The translations under genes were made by a program, and so were the position numbers. Below are positions 23,183 through 37,187 of a stretch of DNA of 64,000 nt, in pieces. The stretch is from Tubiluchus corallicola (lineage: Eukaryota > Animalia > Priapulida). The stretch covers positions 824,359 through 888,358 of the forward strand of contig JAQGDQ010000012.1 of NCBI GenBank assembly GCA_030141605.1. The letters are read 5' to 3'. Under the pieces are notes generated by a model. That model had not been told where the DNA came from. It saw nothing but the letters and a program-made list of their open reading frames with translations, and did no database searches. The number at the start of each line of letters is the position of its first letter. The first letter of the stretch is position 1.

Positions 23183-26100
23183 AGTTTTAAATCAAAAATA
23201 TAAAATAGACGAAAATAATGAAATCAAGATTAGAATTATAATCCTATCACTTCTGAAGTTAATGTTTCACGGTCACGTGAAATATGAGCTGAAAAAAGGA
23301 TTACGCAAATTGCACTTCCATTTTATTTATCTTACGAAATATAGGTAAATAAAGTGGTTGCTCTTCGACCCGTATAAATATGTAATATCTTGGGTAGGTC
23401 ACTGAAAGAAATGCTAGAACTAAGAATAATTAACTTGTTCATATTGATTTGGAGGTTTGGAGATTTTTGCTGTACAGTAGGCCTACGAAATATCTATATA
23501 CAGTGCATGCATTCGATCAAGATGTTTCAAAGATCTAACAATGCACTCAGTAAGCATTGAGTTTTTCTCCAATGTTAACCCAACATGCAGTGATATCATT
23601 AACTTTTTAGTTGAGCATAAGCTCATCAAGACAATATTGTTAACTGAAGAAGCAATATAGGACGCCTGTATATTATATCAAAACCTTACTGATAGTTTGT
23701 TACAAAAGTACGTAAGCAATCGTTAACTTGGTTGTACTTTCCAATTTTACTGATTTGATTTGATATATTTTCTCACAAAAAGCAATGTACATACAGTGAT
23801 ACGTAACAATAATAATAATATGACATACCAAAAAAACTAATTGCTTACAATAAAATGCTTCAATGTGCTGAAAGATTATCATTTATCTCATTATGTTTGC
23901 TATAGCTACGCAAATTGACGCCTTGACCACCGAAATTGTTCCAGTCCGTGTCGACGTAGGCCTCCTTATAAGGAGATATTTATGAGTCTTCAGTCTAAAC
24001 TGACACTAATTCCCCAGGAAATGTGCATGAGGTCTTAATGGTGCACTAATTATCTCATAACGGCATTACAATTGAAATTATGTCTTTTCGTTTGCGACAA
24101 TTTTAACTTTCAAAATTTGTAAACAAAATTAATATATGGGCTGATTTAAGAGCATTTAAAATCACGAGGCCGCCTCGAAGTTAGCACAGCTGTATAACAA
24201 CAAGAGTTACAAGACTGAATGACTTCAGATCCAAAACTACGAGCGTAAAGCTGTGACAGTGGTTAACTCATATCAATACTTGTGCATTAATAGGTTCAAA
24301 AGCGATTAAAAGTGTGAACGCTGCTTGCGACTAATTAGCAATGGACTGCACCTGGTCCAATGCGGTTTACCCGTGTGTGATTGAGCAGTTTGGCCTAATT
24401 TTCGCAGTTCGACTTCTATCTCGGTTTCGACTCCTACCTGAGCCCCTCAAACAATTCCGATTCAACCATTATTATCGTTCGACTATGTTTGGTCCATTGC
24501 GATTTACTCATGTGCAAATAGACGCTTAACAAACCTCAAAAACTCGTTGCGTACTCCTAGTCGGAAGCCTCTTGAAATTCGCGCTGCTTGCGGGTTAAAA
24601 ACGTGTGTAACTTGGACGCCTCTCATATAAGCGGAATTTTTAACAACAATTGCAGTAATAAAATATTAATAATGGAAATCTAAATACACGACTTGATGAA
24701 CAAAGCCGTTTGCACTAATTTTCACATTTTGGCTCTTGTCTAGGACTTTCAAACAATCCTAGGTTTTTATCTACACCACTCTCTGAACCCCTAAACAGAA
24801 AAGTACTGTGTCTATCAGAGTAACAATTGCCACGTGCTGACCGTGTGCCGTCATATTCTTGGATGTGATAAAATGCAAACTTAGCGTGTGTGCTTAAAAC
24901 ATAAATTATTTAATAATGGACACCTTGCATGCCCAAGAAATTGTTCTGTGGCTGTTGCCACTGCAGTCAAAGGACCATCAAATAAAAATATGCAGATCAG
25001 GCAAATTTCAACCGAAAAACCATTTGAGATACATTTGTTTTGTGTTTTGAGGTAATTATATTAATTATTTGCAGAGATTAAACTATTGAGTTCTGCATTA
25101 TTTATTTTTCAGTACCTTCTATTCACTAGACGGCAAACGCTGTTTTGTGCATTGAATAATCCCATGGATGCACTGAAAAAGTTTGTAATTTTGTTAAATT
25201 TAAGTTTCTGTAAATTTGAATGTATAAAAATTTTTAAATTTAACTTTATAAGGTTTACAAAACAGTTGGAAATACATGGCAGTATCTTGGTGTAACTCAT
25301 AACAACTGCTGTACACGGTTGAAATGAGAATTACGTGATTCGCGAGAACCAAATCTTATCTATAAGTGGCTTTTATTCTCTAACTAGCCTTAAACAACAG
25401 TCCGTTGGAGCCAAGGTGTTATCGCAAGACAAGAAAAAATAAATCTTCCCAGTACACAGCAAAGTTTATTTTTATAGGAATGGCACACCTACTTGGAGTT
25501 GTAATTACGGTGAATGGAATCTCAGAAAAAACGAGTAACATGTTTTATGCCTTCTTGCAACGATCGGTAAACATTAAGACTTCCCAAACACATTTCATAA
25601 TGGCGACAAGTAACTTGTGATTCCTCTTTTTAGAATTATGCAAGGCGTGGTGGTGATTTGACCTACAGTCCTTTGTCCCCACACATCTACATCACAACAT
25701 CTAAATACTTATGAAAAAATTGCATTTTACTCAAAGCCTTAGGAGTTGAATGGCAATCGAAAACCTGACCAATATCTAGTGTCCTTGACTTTGAACGAGG
25801 TCACCGTTCACCATACCACTTTCAATGACCAGGTATCTTCGCTATAACTTTCGTGACTCTAACCATCTGCGTTTGCGAATTAAAAAGTGGATAACTGGAT
25901 GTCTAACATAATGAATAATAAAAAAGATCAGGGTATAGGTTTTCCTAGCCTTAATCTCCTTGATCCGCGACGCTAACTTTGTGGATAAAAACAATGCTGT
26001 CTCCAACGTGGATTTTCATTTTCTCTGTTTACTGAGTTTACAAAAATGAGAGTACAAAGTGGTGCAGCCTTCGTCTGAGCTCTGTTCAATTTTGCCTGAA

Positions 26101-27965
26101 CATCATCTTTGGTTTGTTAAACTTATTTAGCCTTATAGACTTTATCCGTTACGAAAGGGTCGGGGAGGGGGCCTCGTTGGAAGGGCGTCTCATGTCGATT
26201 CTATATTTTTCTTGCAACGGACTGTTGAGGATCGACCAATCAGCGAACTAATAGAACTAATGAAATATTAAGTCTGTCTTGCCTTTGAACATACGAACAT
26301 CATGCCTGCAATGCGTTTATTCTATATTAACTGATCATGTGACGCGCAAGATTTATTCAGTTTTTGTATTTTTCCGTTTGTCAGGCTACGGAAATGGAAT
26401 AAATTTGACTATTCCATTCGATACACGACCCTGATATTGAATGCCCATAGAGTCACATAAGTCCCAATGACATCTTTTAACCATTATTATAACCAGAAAA
26501 ATAGCGTAAAATTAGCTAATGTTACATTGAAGTATAATGTAAGTTTTGACAACATTTGAATTAACTTTGACTGTGAAGATCTCATTGAGGCTTATAAAAG
26601 CTGGCCAGAAAAGAAAACATTTTGTTTTGTCCTTATTTAAAGTTAATCAAATAGTTGTTTTTATCTAACTTGCAAAGCCATAAACTAAACTAAACTAAAC
26701 TGCATATTTTCTTGATTGCAAAATGGTTTAATCAGCAACTCATACACGTAAGCGTTGGGCATGTGTTTTTTTTCCTATAAACGAAACTAGACTATACATT
26801 TCCACTAATTCATTTGCAATTTCAATTGACAATCTAGAACCAGGCCAATCTTTCTCTCGCTAACTAATGAAAAGTTGAGCATTTTTTCATAACAGCATTA
26901 GACGTGGCTGTAGCTTAATATTTTTCTTGCTCATTTATTGCAAAACAAGCCAACTGGCTTAGTTTTTTATTATATATGTCTCTATATTTTGTAGTGCTTT
27001 GAAACTTCGTCTCTACATTCTGTTTAAATTAAAAAGTCATTTTTGGCTATTAGAAGTGTTAATTTCGTGTTAAAATAGCTGATGCTCTGCAAATTTGTGT
27101 TTATGAAAAAGATCAATCAGTTTATCTGCTGATTGGACATTAGTTGTGATTGTCATGTTCTTTAGTTTAGTTTAGTTTAGCTTAGACAGCTGTTGTCGTA
27201 CGTGAGCTGTTGTCCCGTTGCTTACGTTGCCTTAATAGACCAATATATTTGACGTCAATTAGGCGAGAATGCGGAACGCACTGCTGCGTGCGTTGGAATA
27301 TTTAGCTGAAAATCACTAGCACTTTTCGTATGATAATTGGAGCAGAAAACTGGATCTTGAACGTGCACGGAAACGTAACGACACCTGCATATCCAGCAGT
27401 GCTTGTTGCAGTTATTGACACGTGTTGGTAATATTTAATATGTAATCTGTAGCTACAAGAAGAATAGTTAATTAAACTCATTCTTCAACGTTAAACAGGT
27501 TGCGGTGCAAGCAGTAAACCGGAAACAATAATGTATTGAAATACGTTATTATCATTACTATCATCATTATCACGTAGAGTGAAAACTGAGCAGCAACATC
27601 GCAGTTATATGAAGAACTACGACGTTTAAAAATAACAGTTAAATGGGAGAGTAAAATAGATTATAGAAGCCAAATAAGTTGTCTACAGAACTTTGGTTTA
27701 GTAGTCATTTTTGTATGTGACATTTTCCTGATGAATAATTTAATCTGGATTATTGGAGGTCATAGTATGCTAACTGTGATTTGTTGTTTTATCAATTAAG
27801 AGACGCTCTCGTCGGTTCCAAAAACCTTTGTTGCTGCTTGATTCATATCAGCCATGAATGAACTATGTGTGGTGCTCAGTCTTTGACATTCAAAACGCCT
27901 GGTGTTCCGTACATTCTAAAAGTGAAAAGAAGCCTACTTGTGTATTCTGCCAGTGGCATACTATC

Positions 27966-30900
27966 ATGACAACGCGTAGGGTAAAGCCACACGTGAAGCG
28001 GATATTTGCCGCATGCGTTCGGGAAACACTTTCATTGCACTCAATTGCCAGAAAAGGGCTGCCGTACAACAAGCGGTTAAAGTCAGCAGAAGTTTCGAGG
28101 TTGGCGCACACCATTGCCACTGCGATAATTGTTGTATTCACCATGTGTTGTTTTGCACTGTCGATTTATAGTCTTTCAACTTTAGGTTTGTATAATAAGG
28201 GTCAAAATATTGCTAATTTTTTATTTTAAAAATGTGTCTACCACATTACTAGCAGTGAACCCTCAGACGGAGACGACAAATTCAACACACCTGTTCCAAG
28301 AGATGCGTTAATAGGCCTCTATAATAATCTTAGAAATATGATAAATTAACAAATGCAAATTTTATCTGTAGGAAAGCAGTCAATTATCACTCCTGGTGAG
28401 AGTTCATTCGCAATACTAAAAGAGCAAATTTCTACTGAAAAAGCACTCTCCAGCGACCATTGGAATCACAAAAAGAAAACAGCGGTAATTATAGTGACCC
28501 GCTATCGATCTGGTAAGTCATAAACTGTGCATGATTGAGTACATAAATTTGAAATTAGTATGTCTTTTTTAAGTAGCGTGAAGGTCGCCATTATTAACTC
28601 AGTTAAAAATTATCGATCTTCAACATCACAATTGGGCTAACATACTGCTTTAACGCAAAACAAAATGTTTGCCACATATAGGACATTAATCACCAGCTGC
28701 TTTTGAAACATCTTTTTCCGGGGCAGAAATCTTCATTATATTTCCCACAGCAGAGTCTTTGCTATAACTGTTGGATAAATTTTTTGTGCATAATTTTGAT
28801 CTGAGGTAATAATCTTAGATTCTGAGCTTAGTGCTCTTGGATGTCCTAATGTACAATGTGTAGAGGTAGACCTATAATTATACGGTTCAATGAACCTTAA
28901 TTGATAGGATTACTGTACTACAAAACAATTATCCCCAAACAGCTGACTGCAATCCTTCCTACTTTTGGCTTACATTCTTTACATCTTACAGCATATTACA
29001 AAAAAAACGCGTTCTTCCTTCTGCTATCCGGTTATTAAAAACTCTAGTAATTTTATAGTAATTTAAACAGAAACTAAACGCAACTTTGCCATAGAATAAA
29101 ACTTTAGTAAGTCTCCAAAACAAAAAGTATGATAAAAATATTTATAACTAGTTTAGCACACTTTGTTTCAGGTTTAAAACCTTTGACAGCAACGCAAAAT
29201 CAAAACACAAATCATTATGTCGTTTTTAAACATTTGAGCTTTTAATAAAGATTTTAAACCTGAAACTGTTCCGAAGCTCCAGGCACTTACCGTACGCCAA
29301 CATCACACGTTTGTATCGTGTTCAGTGGTATGCCTGCACGGGTTATACACACTTGCGATAGTTTTAAATTGGTCTCTTTAATTAGTTAATACAAATTGTA
29401 CAAAAAGAGAGAAGACGATAAAAACAATGGGTTTGACACTCTCTTGTCAATTCAGGCAGAATATTTGATGACTTTTGTCCATTTCATGGTGCTTCGTCTG
29501 TGCTAGGTTTAGGTGCATGTTTTTAATGTTTTAATGATGAGAAAACAATAGCACTTAGATTTCAAAATGTCAGCAATTAGTAAACCATTTATAAGTAATA
29601 CGAATGTACCAATGTAAGATAAAGGTCAACAGTACAAAATCTAAGTTGTTAATGTTTTAAATTTCACTAATACCGTGAACTGCATGTGGTTACTTTACCT
29701 GATTGTAAAAAAATAAAAGATAAATAATGAATGGATAATTGTCGTGAAAACAATGATAACTATTTATACTTTTAATGTATAAAGCCTTAGGTTACCAACT
29801 TATTTAGGTTAAAAGATAAACTCGCAACCAAAACAAAACTGGTTTTGTGCAGTGCAGTATGCAAAGCAACCACAAACAGGCAAAGTGTCCATACCACAGA
29901 ACATATCACAGTCTAAAAACAGACATATAACAAAATATCTGTGTAGGTAATAAATTCAATGACAAAATTTTATATTAACTACTTTCACTAATTTTATATT
30001 AACTACTACTATATCCAAATGACATTTTTATATGTCTTCCACGCATCATAGATTACATGACATTATTATTACGAATTATATAAACATACAAACTTATTTA
30101 AACATTTTGCTGCAATCTTTGTCTATGTAGCCTCAAGGCAAGAGAGCATTGATAATAATGAAAATAGTCAAAACAATGAGATTTGAAAGAGCAAGAAATT
30201 ACTTTTTTATGCATCATTATTACAACCCATTGGCGCTCGTAGCTGCACACCCGCCTGTTGAAATCATATAGGTCTTTTTAATCTTGTAAGCAGCCCACAA
30301 CGCCATTACTTCAACTCCCAAGCTATATCAACAGCATCCTTTTGTAACATAATTATACCAATATATTGTGTCAGAAGATAACATTTTTTAGTTTACTGAT
30401 GGTTCGAGAGTTTTAACTAAGGCTATGAAAAGCGAAAATTCGTCTGCCAGCCTTATTACACATCCAATTCGATTCAGTTTCGTTTGAATTTGTTTACAGC
30501 CATTTGGTGAGAGACGTCTTTGGAGAAAATCTATTTCCTTTTGTTATTTTACTTCGGCTGTCCACGGTTCAGCGTTACAAAAAATTAGTATTCTATGCTA
30601 TTGATTCTAGTAACTCTAATTTTTTATTTCAGGGTCATCTTTTACTGGAGAAATTTTCAATAACCATCCAGACGTTTTCTACATTTACGAACCTCTCCAT
30701 GGAATTTTCGGACACAAAGATTTAAAACAAACTAAGTATAAGGTAGTTTCTGTAATAGGCACACTTTCCACACGACTATAAATGCAAGCTACCCAGCTAA
30801 ACTCGTTACTTTTATAACCGAAACGTGTTCACGCTAAAATTATTTTAATGTGAACTGTCTGTCCTGTTTTTTTTGTAATTTCTGCCTTCTGTTCAGGCAA

Positions 30901-33436
30901 AGAAACGTCTGATTTAAATATCGGGGCTGAGTAGCTAACAAGAATCATTTATATTTTATATTGTGGGAAAAAATTTACGTTCCAAAAAAGTAGTGTGAAT
31001 TTAACCGTTATCACAGATGCAGTTGAGACTGGTTCAGCGATTAAAAGTCCTGCCTAAGGAAATGTATCAACAAAAAAGTTTGTACCTGTATATATAGTGT
31101 AGTTTTTTTGACAAAAACTACTCAATATAGAGTTACAAACTTGAATTAACATTAAATCTCGGGACTAGCTTCGAGCCATAAACGTGTTTGTTATTTTCTT
31201 ATAAAAAGTAGTACAACCTGCATATGAGTAGCCTATTTTGCTCTCTGTCTCCAAAATAATTAAACATCTGTCTGGCTCTCTCTGTCTGTCTGGCTCATCT
31301 GTCTGTCTGGCTCTCTCTGTCTGGCTACACATATACAGGTTCTACTGCCATTTACAAGCTCTGTGTAATTTATTTTGCGCAAGCACACGAACACAAACAG
31401 CCGGTTTGCAAAACAAGTGGAGTGTTGTGCCATGAATGGCGTCGTCTATAGAGCTTTTTTAGAAACAACGTTATGTTAACAATCGCGTTACGTTTAGCAA
31501 CTGAAATAATTACGCGAGCAGCAAAGGTGAATTCAATGTTTTCCTCAACAAGTAAAATTCTACATTTTACAGTCAGACCGCTGTGGAGGAAACCCAGATT
31601 TTATGGTTCACAGAAAGACTAACACCAATGTGTAATTTTTTACAACTGTCAAAAATCGTTCCTATGTTTTTGTGACATTTTTTGGCGTGACTGCAAACGG
31701 ATATTAGTCGTGCTAAGAAAACTGTTTTTTGGCGAGACTAGTTGTTATTACGGTATTCACCTCACATATCATCTCTTCATTATTATTCTGCTCGGTACTA
31801 CCTAGTACATTCACCTAAAGCTATGACCCATATGTGACCAGCATTTTATTTGCGTGACAGATTTCTAATAAGCATAATATGTCACACATTTTTCAGTCTG
31901 CGTACTAGATTCTTTATGGCTAGTTCATTAAATTATCCGAATTGAAATGCCTGTTATCTTACATGTACAAGTGCTTGAGTGTTGCTGAAAATCGTAGATT
32001 GACTGAAAATTCGTACAATTTTCCGTTTTATTTTTAAAACAAAAATTCGCAGCTTTGATAATAAATCTTTCCGCATAGCCTGCACGCAATATTTAAATAA
32101 ATAAATGAAATTTTGTAACTAGCCTCATCAACATTAATATAGCGAGAATATTCTCTGATTTTTAATGTAAACATATCCGCTTGACTTCGTCTACAAACAG
32201 TGAAATTTTTAAATTTACAGTGATTATTACAATTGATATCGCATATCTTTGCTGCTTGCGTAATTAAAGCGCGACTTCGATAGGTCTTACGTTTTCAGAA
32301 TAAAAACGACCAAACGCAACAAACTGGTCTGGTCCATTCTTCATACGTTAGTTAAATTTCCCATTCATTAGTTGAAGTATCTCTTAAACATCTTAAATGT
32401 ACATAGTTGCTGCCGCAACCCGAGAATTCGCTGTTCTCTCCGTTTTCTCTCTTCGCATATTGTAACAGGAATTACTATTATTTATTTTAGAAATAAAATC
32501 AAAGACAAAAAATACAAAAAAAATTAAAATTTGTGTTCTGTTTGACCTGTATTCCGGTCTGGTATCTTTTTTCATAGTAAAAGTCGCATTTGTTAAATGC
32601 TTCAGAGCTCTACCGCCCAAACGTTCTCGCTCTAATAATTATTTAATTTCCAGGCTGAAGCAGAAGCATCAACAATAAAAGAAGAGGTGCTCTCAAAACT
32701 CATTTCTTGTGAGAAGAGCAAGTTCTACATCCCACGACCCGACCTTCTTTCCGCTTCAAGAGCGATCATCCAGAATCTGAACTGTACAAGATACCAGCAA
32801 ACGTGGCGGTGTATACAAGATTCGCTCAAACATAAACCGCGTTTACTGGAAGAGCTGTGTTCAAAACACAACACGATTGTGATTAAAACAATCAGAACTA
32901 AGCTGCGCGATGTCATCACCTTGATCAAAAACTCAAGCAGTCACGTTAAGCTGACAATATTGCACGTTGTTCGAGATCCCAGAGGCATGATGAATTCTTG
33001 GATGAGGTCAAGGTCAAAGATAGATACAGTCAAGTTCAAAACCGCCCAGGAATCCAGTGATCTGTGCACATCCCTTTACGAAGACATGCTTGAGGCGGAA
33101 GAATTTGTCTCACTCGGGAACTACTTTTTGTTGCGCTATGAGGACCTGGCTGCCACACCAGAAGCTGTAGCAGACAAAATATATAGGCTTTTGAACATTC
33201 CTTTGCACGAGAATGTTCACAGGTGGATACGCCAAAATACGAATGCATCGCTAGCAGTGGGCGGTGAGGTGGGCGAGGAGAGAAGAATGGGACAGTACAG
33301 GCGAAATTCAAAAGCTACCTCTTTGGCGTGGAGAAGCATTTTAGACGCTGACGATGTTAGCATTATTGAGGAAAACTGTAAAAAGTTTATGGAGAAGGCT
33401 GGATACGCAGTAGAGAATAAGACAAAAGCACATTAA
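27966..33436 (+). CDS. Carbohydrate sulfotransferase, CHST1/GlcNAc-6-O-sulfotransferase-like type II Golgi enzyme, about 435 aa
   Basis: Exons 27966-28185, 28253-28306 (optional, phase-symmetric, weak donor), 28372-28512, 30633-30742, 32654-33436. N-terminal TM segment ([21 protein letters not shown]). 5'-PSB motif [31 protein letters not shown], 3'-PB motif [15 protein letters not shown], and LRYEDLA. The start codon is the least certain part. Confidence 0.9.
31268..31326. repeat. (TCTG/TCTC)-type simple repeat
   Basis: ctgtctggctctctctgtctgtctggctcatctgtctgtctggctctctctgtctggct in a CHST intron. Confidence 0.7.
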
Positions 33437-34349
33437 CTGTAAGCCGACTACCAGTTGTGCTTTATACGGCTGGATTAGTTCCTTAAGTCTAAATTAGGCT
33501 TCGATGCATGGAGTTCTTTTAGGAAAATTTATTAAACCAGAAGAGGTGACTTGTCGTCTGATCTTAACTTCTCCTTGAAGCAACGTGTTTTACAAGTATT
33601 ACATAAAAATCGATTTGTGCAATATTAAACTCGTGTCGCTAGAGGACCACGAAAATAAGCTTAAGTTTGTGAGAGCAAGCGCTGCTGATTAGGGCAATAT
33701 AGGTACACGCTAGTTGTTTTATGTTTTGCATTATTACCTACTGAAAATTGTAAAAAAATGAAATTTTTGTTTTTGCAGGAATTATATAATTTTGCTTGCA
33801 TACTTAAGATAGTCACTTATAGGATTTTGTTTTATAGCAGAGTTATTCAATTTATTTTAATTAATAAACGAGCACGTCAAGTTAATAAACTGTTAATTTT
33901 AAAATACTGAAAAAAGCCAATTTTATGATTCAAGTGCATGATTATAACTAAAAACAAAACCGAAAAGTCAAAAGCAACGACAATGACAAGTACTTCTGAA
34001 ACAATTGATGAAATCACAACCATAAAGCCTGAAAATTGTTGTTCTATAACAAAAATACCGGGAAGTAGCTTAAATCAAATATTTTGCTGTCTGGGCTACA
34101 GTGCAAACAGACGTTCTGAAACACTAGGCTTGTTATAAAACATTTTTTGTTGAAATCTTATTTTTTACATTTTAACAAATGAATTTTAAAAGCTTGACTG
34201 AGATCTTGCCATTATCACGAACGCGTCACACATATTAGTTCAACAAATTCGAGTCAGCGTTGCACCCCTGGTCCGCTTAACGAGCTTTCAAAGAAAAAAG
34301 ATTAAGATTAACCAAAGATCGGGAGCTTGCAAGGACAAAGGTCCTACTG

Positions 34350-35968
34350 TGTTAATAACGGATAATGTAATAAACGCGCGATATTGTAATACCAAAAAAT
34401 TAACGCATATTGTAATAAAAAATCAACGCATAATGTAATAACTTAAAGTTTAACGCATATTGTAACACCACAAAACGCATAATGTAATAACAAAAATTCT
34501 AACCGGTATTGTAATAACTAGCAAAGTCCAAGTTACCTGATACATATACAATTTTCTTATACATGTATAGTAAAACAATTTGAATTTTTTGGAATATGAA
34601 GACAATACACATTAGACCCTCGACTTTTTGGCTGCACATCCCTCTTCAACACTACCATCAACTCAATCAGTTAATGACAGATGAGCTACTCAACAAACCT
34701 GCTACTTTATGTGACGATGTTTTTGGTTTTTCCGTTTTTTCTCACTGCATGACTGCTGTTTCACTGAACGCGTCAAATATTTAAAGGGATGACAGTCAAG
34801 TGTGTAATAAGTACTCCCTCACTCGCTCTCCTCTCCTACCTTTAAGGCTTTAACTGTCCGTGAGAAAGTGCGTACAGCATTTGTAATTTTAGTACATTTT
34901 TAAATCACACTAATTTAACGCAAGACACCACTTGTCCTTGTGACACTGCATTTTCTGTATGACTGTCGTATATCGTCAACAGCCAGAAAAGATGAAATTT
35001 TCTGAGGGCGATGGCAGCTAGCCGATCTGCACAGTATTTGCACAAGTAAAAGATGAAATGTGTTGAAGAACTTAGAATAATATTGAAATTTTTAACGTTA
35101 TCTGTTTTTAATGAAGACGTCACAAATCAAAAATAATATGGTTTTGAACATAGATCAATAAAGGAGCTTACCTGTGAAGTATCATATCTGCAAATTTTGT
35201 GTAAATTGCGAGGTTGTACCACCCATGTTAATTCTGCTATGCTGAATTTGAATAATTCATAATACTGGGGAGCAGCAGTTTGTCCTACACCATGAAGAAG
35301 TCTAGAATAATGAAATGCATTGCAAAGCGCCACCAACCTGTACAGGACATGGGTAGGGATAGACAGTTACTGTATCATGATTTGATATTATCATCCAGTT
35401 ATCTGGTACGAATATATTGTCATGTCATTTTAATCTTAAGTTTTTTTTCTATTTGATTTTATTTAATCCTTACATGACGTTTTGCCATTCGTAATTTCTA
35501 GAGCATCACAAACTAGAAAATGAACATTGACATTGTGATCAGTAGTATTGTTTGTAAAACAATATAAACTATATATGCGAAAAACGTTTGTGTTACTCAA
35601 TACTTCTTACCCATTTAATATTTACCCAATCACCCTGTTATGCTCGTTTGCCAAACTACAGTAGAAAACCAGATTTTTCTTCTCTGTGGTCACAGTCCAA
35701 CTAGGATGTATACATGCAATTAACAGTGATTAATGTGCAATTACCAGTTGGGAGTGAAAGAATTACAAGGAATTACAAGAATTTTTATTACACTATACGT
35801 TTCTGCGGTGTTACAATATACATTAAACTTTTGGGTTACATTATGCATTTTCGGCGTCTTACATTATGCATTAATTTTTTTATTACATTATCAGTTTTAT
35901 TATTACATCATGCATTAATTTTTTTCGTATAACAATATCAAACATTTATTACATTATAAGTTATTACA
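34350..35968. mobile_element. Non-autonomous DNA transposon with long imperfect inverted termini built of AACGCATAATGTAATA-type repeats (copy A)
   Basis: About 34350-34520 carries repeated (AACGC)ATAATGTAATA/ATATTGTAATA motifs, and about 35770-35968 carries their reverse complements (TATTACATTATGC). No intact ORF and no clear TSD. Confidence 0.7.
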
Positions 35969-37187
35969 TTACAAATAACTGTGATTGAACGAAACATAAT
36001 GATGTCACTATTAATAGAGTAACTTCAGAGTAAGCAATAAAACTCTTCATTATCTGCATAATTTCCAATATTTTTTCCGAAAACTAGCCAACTGAGCAAA
36101 GTATCATTCAAAAATTCTACCAAGTTTACTGAAAAAAGTTTGATGTGCCAAATAAAAATTGCACACGTATAAACTAGAAAAAAAACACAATTTAAATGAA
36201 GAAAATATTTTCCATGCAGAAACTCTGTCGCATAAAAATACCAGATGGTCCTGTATGAAGTAGACTGCAGTTGCTAAATGGCTCATGGTTACTGAACAGA
36301 AGTGATGTTTACATAACCCTTAGAAAATAAAGAACTTCTGAACACTTAATATATTAAACATTTAAAATAAAGAATACATATATTCGCCTAAAGCGACCTC
36401 AGATTATGATTTTTATGGCATCGGACAATTAATAAGCAATTTTTACGTTATGAATTGTAGAAGGGTAGGTTTTTATGTCTAATTTTTGTCCATTAAACCG
36501 TGGTGCCACCTGCACGCAAAATAGTTTATTACTGCATTACAATGCAGACATCAAGCAGTTACACTGCTACTTTCGACAGTTTGTCTCTACACTATAATAC
36601 TCCGGTAATAAAAGATCAACGCTAAGATAATAACAACATTTACAGACAGCCAGCAAAATCTGATTTAAGAAAAATCTTAAAGGGCGAAAATATTACCGTT
36701 TTTAAACTAATCCAGAGATTTGACAGATATCACTATTTCAAAAAATATGATACCAACTTGTGTGATTGATTTATCATATAGAAAACAATTTTGAGAAAGC
36801 ACATTGCATTACATGTATTTAGTACAGAGAGCTTACAATTTTAGACTCGGCAAAGCTGCACAAGATTTTACAAATTAAAATAACTCAACGACGTCGTTAC
36901 CACGTTTGCAGTGCTGCTACATAACCCATCCTGTATTTGTAAGCCAGGACCAGCAGCCCAAACTTATTTACAACTATCAAGCGGTAAAACGAACACTTGT
37001 TCAACTAGTTATTTATAAAACCGATGGTAATTTCGGATGTGCTTTAAACAATGATTTAAATAAGAACTGTATTTACCTCACTTTCGTATAAAGTGAAACA
37101 AAGAAACATAATCTGATTAGTAACACGAAAGGACAATAAGAGTGTGATGAGTGGATTACGTCTTCAACCGTTTCTCTCCTTTTTATG

